From NCBI GenBank assembly GCA_934162255.1, contig CAKPIG010000002.1:85938-149937 (forward strand): a stretch of 64,000 bases of DNA, in the 5' to 3' direction. The translations under genes and the position numbers were made by a program. The stretch comes from an uncultured Clostridia bacterium (lineage in GTDB: Bacteria; Bacillota; Clostridia; TANB77; CAG-508). Positions 20,123 to 28,536 of this stretch are shown piece after piece. How positions within the stretch are numbered: position 1 is the stretch's first letter; each line of letters starts with the position of its first letter. The notes beneath the pieces were generated by a model. It saw nothing but the letters and a program-made list of their open reading frames with translations. It made no database searches and had not been told where the DNA came from.

Positions 20123-20326
20123 ATGCCAAAACTAAAAACAAATAAAGCAGCAAAAAAGAGATATTCTTTAACAGCTACAGGAAAAGTAAAAAGAACAACA
20201 GCTAATAGAAGACATTTATTAGCAAACAAAACAAAAAGACAAAAATTATCTAGCAGACGCCCAGGAGCATATGCTGATAAAACATGTGAAAATACAATTA
20301 AAAAATTATTACCATATGGTAACTAA
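20123..20326 (+). CDS. rpmI: 50S ribosomal protein L35
   Basis: 67 aa, MPKLKT.KAA.KR, within the infC-rpmI-rplT order. Confidence 0.95.
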   Translation: MPKLKTNKAAKKRYSLTATGKVKRTTANRRHLLANKTKRQKLSSRRPGAYADKTCENTIKKLLPYGN

Positions 20327-20357
20327 GAAGTAGATTAGGAATTAGGAGGGAAAATAA

Positions 20358-20708
20358 ATGGCAAGAGTAAAATCAGCAATGACAACAAGAGCAAGACATA
20401 AAAAAGTATTAAAACAAGCAAAAGGATACTATGGAGCAAAACACTATAGATTCAGAAATGCAAACCAAGCAGTATTAAAATCATTATCATATGCTTATGT
20501 TGGAAGAAAAGATAAAAAGAGTAATTTCAGAAAATTATGGATAGCAAGAATAAATGCAGCAGCAAGAATGAATGGAACAACATATAGCAAAATGATAGCT
20601 GGACTAAAAAAAGCTAATGTAACAATAAATAGAAAAATGTTAGCAGAAATAGCTGTAAGTGATCCAAAAGCATTTACAGAAATAGCTGAAATAGCAAAAA
20701 AAGCATAG
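20358..20708 (+). CDS. rplT: 50S ribosomal protein L20
   Basis: 116 aa. MARVK....R.RHKK.LK.AKGY.G and RK.RK.DFR.LWI.RINAA match L20. Confidence 0.97.
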   Translation: MARVKSAMTTRARHKKVLKQAKGYYGAKHYRFRNANQAVLKSLSYAYVGRKDKKSNFRKLWIARINAAARMNGTTYSKMIAGLKKANVTINRKMLAEIAVSDPKAFTEIAEIAKKA

Positions 20709-20748
20709 TAATAAAAAGAATAAAATCGGAACATTAAATGTTCCAATC

Positions 20749-21126
20749 TTATTCTTTTTTCATTTTTGGCTTAGAAATCAAAGAAGCAATATATCCAAAG
20801 AACACAGCTGCTGCAATTCCACCAGCAGAAGCAGTAACACCACCTGTGAATGCACCAACTAGGCCATATTCTTTAACACCTTTAATTGCACCTTTTGCAA
20901 GATTATATCCAAAACCTGTTAAAGGAACAGTAGCACCAGCACCTGCAAAATCTACAACATACTGATAAATTCCTAGACCTCCAAGAATAGCACCAGTAGT
21001 AACAAAAATAACTAAGATTCTAGCAGGAGTAAGTTTTGTTTTATCAATTAATATTTGTCCAACAACACAAATGGCTCCTCCAACAACAAAGCATTTTAAA
21101 AGTTGTAACCAATCCATAATATACAC
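20749..21126 (-). CDS. spoVAE: stage V sporulation protein AE (SpoVAEB)
   Basis: 125 aa membrane protein with GGAICVVGQIL..........ILV motifs. Last gene of the spoVAC-AD-AE triplet. Confidence 0.85.
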   Translation of the reverse strand: MYIMDWLQLLKCFVVGGAICVVGQILIDKTKLTPARILVIFVTTGAILGGLGIYQYVVDFAGAGATVPLTGFGYNLAKGAIKGVKEYGLVGAFTGGVTASAGGIAAAVFFGYIASLISKPKMKKE

Positions 21127-21132
21127 CTCACT

Positions 21133-22140
21133 TTATATTTCAATACTAACTGCATGAGCAATACCGGGAATAGTCTCACCTTGTTGAGATGATGTCGAAT
21201 TTGTTAAAGCACCAGTTGCAATTAGTAATAATCTCTTTATTTTTTTATCTTTTAATTGTTTAAACAAATATCCAGAAAATACACTAGCACAGCATGCACA
21301 ACCACTACCACCAGAATGGGTATCTTGTTTTTCTTTATCGAAAATAAGAACACCACAATCATTATAGTTAGACTTTATATTATATCCATTATCTAAAGCT
21401 AAATCAGTCAAAATATCTTTTCCAATATGTCCAAGGTCACCAGTGATTATTGCATCATAATAGTTAGGACTTCTTCCAGTATCTTTAAAATGAGTTACTA
21501 GAGTATCTAATGCGGCAGGGGCCATTGCAGAACCCATGTTGTTTGCATCTTTAATTCCCATATCAACAATTTTTCCAGTTGTAATATGTGTTATAAAAGG
21601 ACCAGTTCCTGATTTTGATAATATTGCAGCACCTGCACCAGTAACTGTCCATTGAGATGTAGGTGGCCTTTGGTTGCCAAGCTCTAGTGGAAATCTGAAT
21701 TGCTTTTCGGCACTACAGAAATGACTTGATGCAGCACATAATACATAATTTGCACAAGATTCAGCAAAAACAGCACCTAAACTTAAACCTTCAACAAATG
21801 TAGAACAAGCTCCAAATATTCCAAAAAAAGGAATATTTAAATTTCTAAGTCCAAAACTAGAAGAAATACATTGATTTAATAAGTCTCCGGCAAAGCAATA
21901 TTCAATATCTTGAGAGGCAACACCTGATTTTGATATAGCCATATTAACAGTTTCTTTTATAATTTTGCTCTCGGATTTTTCCCAAGTTTTTTCACCCCAA
22001 AACTCATCATCTAAGCATTGGTCAAAATAGCTAGCAAGTGGGCCATTAGCTTCTTTTGGACCTACAATAGAAGCAACATTTAAAATAGATGGAGGAACAT
22101 CAAATTTAATAGTTTGTTTTCCAATTTTCTTCATAATCAA
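21133..22140 (-). CDS. spoVAD: stage V sporulation protein AD (thiolase-like fold)
   Basis: 335 aa. GPKE..GPL...FD......D..WG..TWEK.ES and the C-terminal GALLS.TS..QGE.IP.I.HAV are typical of SpoVAD. Confidence 0.9.
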   Translation of the reverse strand: MIMKKIGKQTIKFDVPPSILNVASIVGPKEANGPLASYFDQCLDDEFWGEKTWEKSESKIIKETVNMAISKSGVASQDIEYCFAGDLLNQCISSSFGLRNLNIPFFGIFGACSTFVEGLSLGAVFAESCANYVLCAASSHFCSAEKQFRFPLELGNQRPPTSQWTVTGAGAAILSKSGTGPFITHITTGKIVDMGIKDANNMGSAMAPAALDTLVTHFKDTGRSPNYYDAIITGDLGHIGKDILTDLALDNGYNIKSNYNDCGVLIFDKEKQDTHSGGSGCACCASVFSGYLFKQLKDKKIKRLLLIATGALTNSTSSQQGETIPGIAHAVSIEI

Positions 22141-22149
22141 TCGACCTTT

Positions 22150-22614
22150 CTATATTAAAGTAATAGTTTGTGTGTTAAATATCAAATAAACAATTCCAAC
22201 AATAATAGAAGTTGAAATTCCAAAAACAAGAACAGGACCTGCAACAGTGAACATTTTTCCGCCGACTCCCATAACATATCCTTCTGACTTATATTCCATG
22301 GCAGGGGAAACAATCGAATTAGCAAAACCTGTGATTGGTATCAAAGAACCCGCACCTGCAAATTTTCCTATTTTATTAAAAATATTTAATCCCGTAAGAA
22401 AAGCACTAATTCCAATTAAAAGAATAGATACAATTGTTCCAGAAACCTCTTGTGATAATCCTCTAGTTTTACAAAAATTTAGTATAATTTGACCAATTGA
22501 ACAAATTAATCCACCAACCCAAAAAGCATTAAAACAATTTTTTAAAATAGGAGAATTAGGTGATTTTTCATTAACATAATCTTGATAATTTTGTTTAGAA
22601 TCTAATGGCTTCAT
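22150..22614 (-). CDS. spoVAC: stage V sporulation protein AC
   Basis: 154 aa with four TM helices. NAF.VGG.IC..GQ and ITGFANS fit SpoVAC. Confidence 0.9.
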   Translation of the reverse strand: MKPLDSKQNYQDYVNEKSPNSPILKNCFNAFWVGGLICSIGQIILNFCKTRGLSQEVSGTIVSILLIGISAFLTGLNIFNKIGKFAGAGSLIPITGFANSIVSPAMEYKSEGYVMGVGGKMFTVAGPVLVFGISTSIIVGIVYLIFNTQTITLI

Positions 22615-22676
22615 AATAACCTCCTTTAAATATATTACACAAAGTATTTCCCAAAAATTAAATATTATACAATCAA

Positions 22677-22709
22677 ATATTACAGAAATATTACAGAAAT
22701 ATTACAAAT
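22677..22709. repeat. three tandem 11-bp direct repeats (ATATTACAGAA x2, ATATTACAAAT) in the spoVAC/pilM divergent intergenic region
   Basis: Read directly: atattacagaa atattacagaa atattacaaat. Related copies lie at 22632-22642 (tatattacaca) and 25733-25744 (atatattacaat). Confidence 0.8.
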
Positions 22710-22805
22710 AATACAGTTAAATTACATTTTACCTAAAGTTCTTGACTTTTTGTCTAAAAAAGGTAAAATAAAAATAAGCGTAATTATAAAAGCAAGGAGG
22801 ATAAA

Positions 22806-24416
22806 ATGCCAAGCTATCTAGGATTATATATTCAAGATAATTTAATAAAATATGCTAAAGTTTCAAAAGAAAAAGAAAGCATAAAAATAGATTCATATGG
22901 AATAAAATTTTATACAAATGTATACCAAGCAATAAAACAAATTATTGAAGAAACATATAGTTATAAAACACTGATAAGTACAAATTTAACAGAAGAATCT
23001 TATCAGTATTTTGAAATGTTTGCATTATTAAATAAAAAAGATTTAGAAAAGGCAATAAAACTAGAATTTGATTCATATTGTTCAGAGAAAGGATATAATG
23101 CAAATACTTTAGAAACAAGATATGCAATAGTAAATAATGCTGAGGATAAAGAAAAATTAAAAGTAATAAATATATGTGAAAATAAAATGGAACTAAGTAA
23201 AATAAATCAAAAATTTGATGGCTACAGATTAGGTACGATAGTTCCGATTTCTATGTCAATATCTAATATATTGAATGTAGACTCAAAAGAAAATGCATTA
23301 ATTGTAAATATAGATGACAATACAGTTATCACAAAAATAATAAATGGAAGCATATATGATGTAGAAACTTTAGATGAAGGAAGCAAAGAAATATTACAAG
23401 CAATCAGTTTAAAAGAAAATTCTTACTCAAAAGCATATGAAATATGTCAAAACACAACAATATATACAGCAGATGTTCAAGATTTTGCTGAAACAGCAAG
23501 TACTCATTTAGAAGATATAATGCCAACTTTATACAACATTGTTGGAAAAGTTCAAAAAATAATAAATGAAAGTTCTGAACAAATAAACAAAGTATATATT
23601 ACAGGAACACTTTCATGTGTAAACAATATTGATTTATATTTTCAAGAATATTTGGGAAAAGTAAAATGTGAAATACTAAGACCATATTTTATACCAAATA
23701 CAACAAGTGAAATAAATATAAAGGAATATATTGAAGTAAACTCTGCAATAGCACTAGCATTACAAGGACTAGGTGAAGGAGTAAAAGGAATAAATTTTAA
23801 AAAGAATGCACCAGGAGAAAGTTTCTGGAATATTCAAATAGGCGGAGGAAAGAAAGAACCAAAAGGTAAGAATTCCAAAGTTGATTTAGGTGGATTTAAA
23901 GATAAGTTTTCAATACAAGAAATGGGATTAGTAAGAGGAATTACATCTTTACTATTATTTGTTATCATATTTAGTATATTCTCAACATTACTAGTAAAAC
24001 AAATAGAAAATAAATCAAATGTTATTGATGGAGTTACATCAGAGATAAATGTACAAATATCAAAAGTAAATAGAGATACTTCAACACTAAGTACACAAAA
24101 AGAGCAATATACACAATTAATTAAAGACTTGGAAGAAGCAAATCAAAAAATTAGTGATATAAATGCAAGCAAAAATTTAATACCACAATTGTTAAACAAC
24201 ATAATGAACACAATAGATGCAACAGTACAAATAACATCAATAGAAAATACTACAGGAAAGCATATTGTAATAACTGCACAATCAGCAAAATATCCAGGAC
24301 TAGGATATTTCAAAACAAAATTAAAAACAAATGGAATACTTCAAAATGTTGTTTCAGGAAGTAGTATGAAACAAAATGGAGTAATTATAGTAACGATAGA
24401 AGGTGATTTACCATGA
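22806..24416 (+). CDS. pilM: type IV pilus assembly protein, PilM-like actin-fold ATPase fused to a PilN-like TM/coiled-coil segment
   Basis: 536 aa. The N-terminal ~330 aa have a PilM/FtsA-like pattern (GL.I....IK.A). They are followed by a TM helix (LLLFVIIFSIFSTLLV) and a coiled-coil/beta C-terminal part like PilN. First gene of the pilus cluster. Confidence 0.7.
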   Translation: MPSYLGLYIQDNLIKYAKVSKEKESIKIDSYGIKFYTNVYQAIKQIIEETYSYKTLISTNLTEESYQYFEMFALLNKKDLEKAIKLEFDSYCSEKGYNANTLETRYAIVNNAEDKEKLKVINICENKMELSKINQKFDGYRLGTIVPISMSISNILNVDSKENALIVNIDDNTVITKIINGSIYDVETLDEGSKEILQAISLKENSYSKAYEICQNTTIYTADVQDFAETASTHLEDIMPTLYNIVGKVQKIINESSEQINKVYITGTLSCVNNIDLYFQEYLGKVKCEILRPYFIPNTTSEINIKEYIEVNSAIALALQGLGEGVKGINFKKNAPGESFWNIQIGGGKKEPKGKNSKVDLGGFKDKFSIQEMGLVRGITSLLLFVIIFSIFSTLLVKQIENKSNVIDGVTSEINVQISKVNRDTSTLSTQKEQYTQLIKDLEEANQKISDINASKNLIPQLLNNIMNTIDATVQITSIENTTGKHIVITAQSAKYPGLGYFKTKLKTNGILQNVVSGSSMKQNGVIIVTIEGDLP

Positions 24417-25234
24417 GAAAGATATTATTAGGAGTATTGGTAGCTTTACTATTAGCACTTTCAGTATATACAGCAGTTTATGGTATTTCACTTGGAAATA
24501 TAAAAATTAGTGGGATTCCATTAATTAAACAAAAAAATGCTGAACTTGAAACAAAAATAGAAAAGGCTAATCAATTAAAAAATGAAACATATCCATCTAG
24601 TGTAAATAAACTAGAATCAGAATACAAAAATTTAATAAGTGAAAAAGAAAGATATGAACAAATTGTTGAATTAGGCGTTGACGCAAATGGACAACCATTA
24701 AACAAAATTCAAGAATACGAAGTTGAAAAAATTTGGGTAACAATGGGAAACTATGCTAAAAAACAAGGTGTAGATTTAAAAATGGATGTTAGCCAAAACA
24801 ATGAAATAAGCAAAAGTTATGATTTAACATTCACAGTAACAGGTGGATATATACAAATTACAGACTTTTTATATGATGTAGAAAGAGATAGCACTTTAGT
24901 ATTTAAACTAGAAAATTTCAAAATGGTACCAGGTTCAAGCAACAGTAACAATAACAATAACAGTAGTAATTCTAGTAGTAATAGTAATAGTTCTAGTAGT
25001 AATAGCAATAGTAGCTCTACAGGAACTTCAGAAAAGAAAACAGATGATAATGATAATCTAGAAGCAACATTTGTATGTAAAGATATTAAACTTAATATAT
25101 CAGGAATAAATACTGTAAAAACAGATAATACAAATTCATCAAATGGAACAAGCGGAACAGGTACATCAGATACATCAACACAAAATAATAGCAATGATAG
25201 TACAACTTCAACAAATAGCAATTCAAATTCATAA
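24413..25234 (+). CDS. PilO-like pilus assembly membrane protein with Ser/Asn-rich tail
   Basis: 273 aa: N-terminal TM, coiled coil, then a ferredoxin-like segment (YDLTFTVTGGYIQITDFLYDVE) resembling PilO. Overlaps pilM by 4 nt. Long S/N low-complexity C-terminus. Confidence 0.5.
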   Translation: MRKILLGVLVALLLALSVYTAVYGISLGNIKISGIPLIKQKNAELETKIEKANQLKNETYPSSVNKLESEYKNLISEKERYEQIVELGVDANGQPLNKIQEYEVEKIWVTMGNYAKKQGVDLKMDVSQNNEISKSYDLTFTVTGGYIQITDFLYDVERDSTLVFKLENFKMVPGSSNSNNNNNSSNSSSNSNSSSSNSNSSSTGTSEKKTDDNDNLEATFVCKDIKLNISGINTVKTDNTNSSNGTSGTGTSDTSTQNNSNDSTTSTNSNSNS

Positions 25235-25252
25235 AAGAAAGGGGTAAATGGT

Positions 25253-25711
25253 ATGAACAAAACAATTATGAGAGAAATAATAATAGCATTATTGATATGT
25301 TTAGCAATACTACTTATATTGGCAGTAGCTTTATATAATTTTATTCCAGCAAATAAAGTTGTACCAGAAGTAATAAAATACACACCAACAAGTGAAATAC
25401 AAACACAGTTAAATTCAGAAGTGGAAGATAATTCAAAAGAAATTCTTATGACATATGAAATAACGGCACAAGACTTAGAGAATTATAGAAAAACAAAAGA
25501 TTATCAACCAGGAAAGGCAAACCCTTTTGCTGAGTACAAAGAAGACACTGGAGATGAAAGTACTGGAACAGGAAACACTAACACATCAAATGGTAGTACA
25601 AGCACAGGAAGCAGTAATAACAGCCAAACAAATCAAGGTAGTGGAACAACATCAAAAGACAATAATAGTAGTTCAAGTGGAAAGTTGTTCGAAAATGGTT
25701 CAAGTAAATAA
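25253..25711 (+). CDS. membrane-anchored hypothetical protein of the pilus cluster
   Basis: 152 aa with one TM helix and an S/T/N/G-rich tail. Has an RBS (aaagaaagggg). Position suggests a pilus accessory role, but no family is recognised. Confidence 0.4.
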   Translation: MNKTIMREIIIALLICLAILLILAVALYNFIPANKVVPEVIKYTPTSEIQTQLNSEVEDNSKEILMTYEITAQDLENYRKTKDYQPGKANPFAEYKEDTGDESTGTGNTNTSNGSTSTGSSNNSQTNQGSGTTSKDNNSSSSGKLFENGSSK

Positions 25712-25775
25712 GGTTATATTTAATAACTTAAATATATTACAATAAATTTCAAGATAAAAAAGGGGGGAAATACTT

Positions 25776-26249
25776 ATGAAGAATCAAAAAGGTGTAACAT
25801 TAATCGCTTTAGTAGTAACAATTGTAGTATTATTAATACTAGCAGGAGTTGCAATAGCAATGCTAAGAGGAGATAATGGAATATTAAAAGAAGCAACAAC
25901 AGCTTCAAAAGAAACAGATTTAGGTGAGCAAAGAGAAGCAGTTCTTAATGTCATAAATGAAGCTACAACAAAATATTATGACTTAAAATATGTACAAAAT
26001 AGTGCAACAATTAAAGAAGTAACACAAGCACAATATATAGCAAAAGAATTAATAACTTCTAGTAAGTCAGGAGCATTACAGAATAAAGTAACTATTACTT
26101 ATGCAGATGCTGGTGAGACTGCTATAGGAGATGTATTAACATATACAGGTAAAAAAATAAAAATAAAATTAGCTGCAGATACTTCAAAAACAGCAATATA
26201 TGATACTGAAACAAATCCAACAGGAGACCTAATTACAAGTTGGAATTAA
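25776..26249 (+). CDS. type IV pilin paralog 1
   Basis: 157 aa. MKNQKG/VTLIALVVTIVVLLILAGVAIAML is a prepilin leader (Gly-1, hydrophobic helix) but with Ala at +5. Strong RBS aaaagggggg. Confidence 0.8.
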   Translation: MKNQKGVTLIALVVTIVVLLILAGVAIAMLRGDNGILKEATTASKETDLGEQREAVLNVINEATTKYYDLKYVQNSATIKEVTQAQYIAKELITSSKSGALQNKVTITYADAGETAIGDVLTYTGKKIKIKLAADTSKTAIYDTETNPTGDLITSWN

Positions 26250-26284
26250 AATATAAAATATTAATAAATAAAGGAGAAAAAACA

Positions 26285-26746
26285 ATGAAAAATCAAAAAG
26301 GTGTAACATTAATTGCTTTAGTAGTAACAATTGTAGTATTATTAATACTAGCAGGAGTTGCAATAGCAATGTTAAGAGGAGATAATGGAATATTAACAGA
26401 AGCTGCAAAAGCTTCAGATTCAACAAAAATATCAGAAGAAAAAGAAGCAGTTTCAAACGCAATAAATGAATTGACAACAAAATATTATGACTTAAAATAT
26501 GTAGAAACAAATACAACATTAACAAGTGCAATTGAGGGAAAAAAACAAGGACAATATATAGCAGAACATTTAAATGATAAAGTAAGTTCTAAAGTTGATA
26601 TATCAAAAGATGAAAGCACAGGAAATTTAACAATAAAAACTAAAACTGTATATACATCAGGAACAGACAAAGGAAAAGTTGAACAAGCAACATATACTGC
26701 AGAAACAGGAACTCTTAGTGATTGGACTAAAGTAACAAAAGAATAA
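26285..26746 (+). CDS. type IV pilin paralog 2
   Basis: Start moved to the ATG at 26285 (RBS aaaggagaa), giving MKNQKGVTLIALVV.... The first ~115 nt are nearly identical to paralogs 1 and 3. Confidence 0.8.
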   Translation: MKNQKGVTLIALVVTIVVLLILAGVAIAMLRGDNGILTEAAKASDSTKISEEKEAVSNAINELTTKYYDLKYVETNTTLTSAIEGKKQGQYIAEHLNDKVSSKVDISKDESTGNLTIKTKTVYTSGTDKGKVEQATYTAETGTLSDWTKVTKE

Positions 26747-26761
26747 AGGAGAGAAAAAACA

Positions 26762-27199
26762 ATGAAAAATCAAAAAGGTATAACATTAATCGCTCTAGTA
26801 GTAACAATTGTAGTATTATTAATACTAGCAGGAGTTGCAATAGCAATGTTAAGAGGAGATAATGGAATATTAAAAGAAGCAACAACAGCTGCAAGCGAAA
26901 CAAAAAAATCAGAAGCTGAAGAAGCTATAAATAATGCAATAAATGAAGGGACAACAGCATATTATGATAAGAAATATGTAACAAAATCATTTGAAGCTGC
27001 AGAAGAAAATTTTAAGGATACTCAAGCAAAATATGTAGGATATTATTTAAAAAATAAAGCTACAAATTTATCAGAATATGTAGAAAATTTTGGAGAATAT
27101 ACAAAAGATAGTACAAAATTAGTTATAAAGGTAAAAGGTGATTATGGTGGTGCAGTGTATGAATACAATACAAATGGTACATTAACAAAAACTAATTAA
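26762..27199 (+). CDS. type IV pilin paralog 3
   Basis: 145 aa, MKNQKG/ITLIALVV.... Shares the conserved 5' block with paralogs 1 and 2, then diverges. Confidence 0.8.
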   Translation: MKNQKGITLIALVVTIVVLLILAGVAIAMLRGDNGILKEATTAASETKKSEAEEAINNAINEGTTAYYDKKYVTKSFEAAEENFKDTQAKYVGYYLKNKATNLSEYVENFGEYTKDSTKLVIKVKGDYGGAVYEYNTNGTLTKTN

Positions 27200-27207
27200 T
27201 TTAACAA

Positions 27208-27232
27208 CAGGCATATACTAAGTATATGCCTG
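27208..27232 (+). terminator. hairpin after the pilin triplet (possible partial terminator/attenuator)
   Basis: 10-bp perfect stem caggcatata-ctaag-tatatgcctg. The T-tract is weak, so it may only attenuate read-through into pilD. Confidence 0.5.
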
Positions 27233-27262
27233 TACTAATATAAAACAAAGGAAGGCAAGGAA

Positions 27263-28078
27263 ATGAACATATATTTATATGTAGTAATATTCATGATAGG
27301 AACAGTATTCGGAAGTTTTTATACACTTGCGGTGTATAGAATACCACAAAATATAGACATAGTAAAAAAGCACTCATATTGCCCAAATTGTAATAACAAA
27401 TTAGGCTTTTTTGAGTTGATACCTGTACTAAGTTATATATTATTAGGAGGAAAATGCAAACATTGTGGTAAAAAAATAAGACCAAGATACTTGATATTAG
27501 AACTATTAGGAGGAATATCATTTGTAGTGTTAGCAATTGCACTAAAAATAGATGCTAGAACAATAAATTTACAAACAGCAATAATATATGCATTCACTGT
27601 ATTATATTTTACAGCAATAGTGCTAATTGCAGGAATAGACAAAGAACATATAAAAATAGAAAAAAGAGTCCTTGCATATGGAATAATCATATCAATTTTA
27701 TATATGATATATCTATATACAATAGGCTATGCTAGTATATATAGATATGCTATATATTTTCCTATATACTTAGCTACATATGCAGTATTATTAATAATAG
27801 ATTCACTTTTCTTAAGAAAACAAGCAGAAGATAGTTATTTAATAAATACACTAATATTATTAAATATGATATTAATATTTTCAGGGTCACAAAGGTATTT
27901 AATGACAGTTATAATGTCAATTATAGCAATATTAGTATATGTACTAATAAAAAGAATAACACAAAGAAAAAACGGAAATGTGAAATTGAAATTTAAAGAA
28001 ATTCCAATAGGATATTTTATATGTGCAAGTAATATAATTGTAATTTTCATGATGACAATTTTAACAAACATACAATAA
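27263..28078 (+). CDS. pilD: prepilin peptidase (A24 family, PilD)
   Basis: 271 aa polytopic membrane protein. Has the CPNC...CKHCGKKI zinc-knuckle pair in the first cytoplasmic loop and the AGIDKEH aspartate motif. Confidence 0.85.
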   Translation: MNIYLYVVIFMIGTVFGSFYTLAVYRIPQNIDIVKKHSYCPNCNNKLGFFELIPVLSYILLGGKCKHCGKKIRPRYLILELLGGISFVVLAIALKIDARTINLQTAIIYAFTVLYFTAIVLIAGIDKEHIKIEKRVLAYGIIISILYMIYLYTIGYASIYRYAIYFPIYLATYAVLLIIDSLFLRKQAEDSYLINTLILLNMILIFSGSQRYLMTVIMSIIAILVYVLIKRITQRKNGNVKLKFKEIPIGYFICASNIIVIFMMTILTNIQ

Positions 28079-28093
28079 AAATGGAGGACAAGT

Positions 28094-28519
28094 ATGAAAT
28101 CAGAAAGAGGTATAACATTAACTTCTGTAATGATATATGTATTAGTTTTTACAATAGTTGTACTGACAATAGGTAGAATAACAACATATTTTTATAAAAA
28201 TGTAAAAACATTATCAACAAGTACAACTTCATATGGGCAATATACAAAATTTAATAGTTACTTTTCTGAAGAAGTAAACATAAAAGAAAATACTGTAGAA
28301 ATTCAGGAAGATGATAAAACTAAAAAAATAATATTTTCAGAAACAAATAATGTATATACATGGACTGAAAATAAAATATTCAGAAATAAAGTAAAAATAT
28401 GTAGCAATGTAAAAGATTTTAATTGCTCATATAATTCAGAGACTGGAGTTATAACTATCAGTTATAAAATCAACGGAGAGGATGCTCCACTTACAACGAA
28501 TTACACAATAGCAAAATAA
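28094..28519 (+). CDS. minor pilin/pseudopilin-like protein
   Basis: 141 aa. MKSERG/ITLTSVMIYVLVFTIVVL is a prepilin-like leader with Ser at +5. Located between pilD and pilB. Confidence 0.65.
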   Translation: MKSERGITLTSVMIYVLVFTIVVLTIGRITTYFYKNVKTLSTSTTSYGQYTKFNSYFSEEVNIKENTVEIQEDDKTKKIIFSETNNVYTWTENKIFRNKVKICSNVKDFNCSYNSETGVITISYKINGEDAPLTTNYTIAK

Positions 28520-28536
28520 CAAAGGAGGACAATATA

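Noticed and set aside
25776-27199. Regularly spaced repeats that could be mistaken for a CRISPR-like or IS-related array.
   Set aside because: The repeats are the 5' ends of three in-frame pilin paralogs, each about 115-125 nt with its own RBS. They are not 25-40 bp repeats with unique spacers. No cas genes or transposase occur anywhere in the window.
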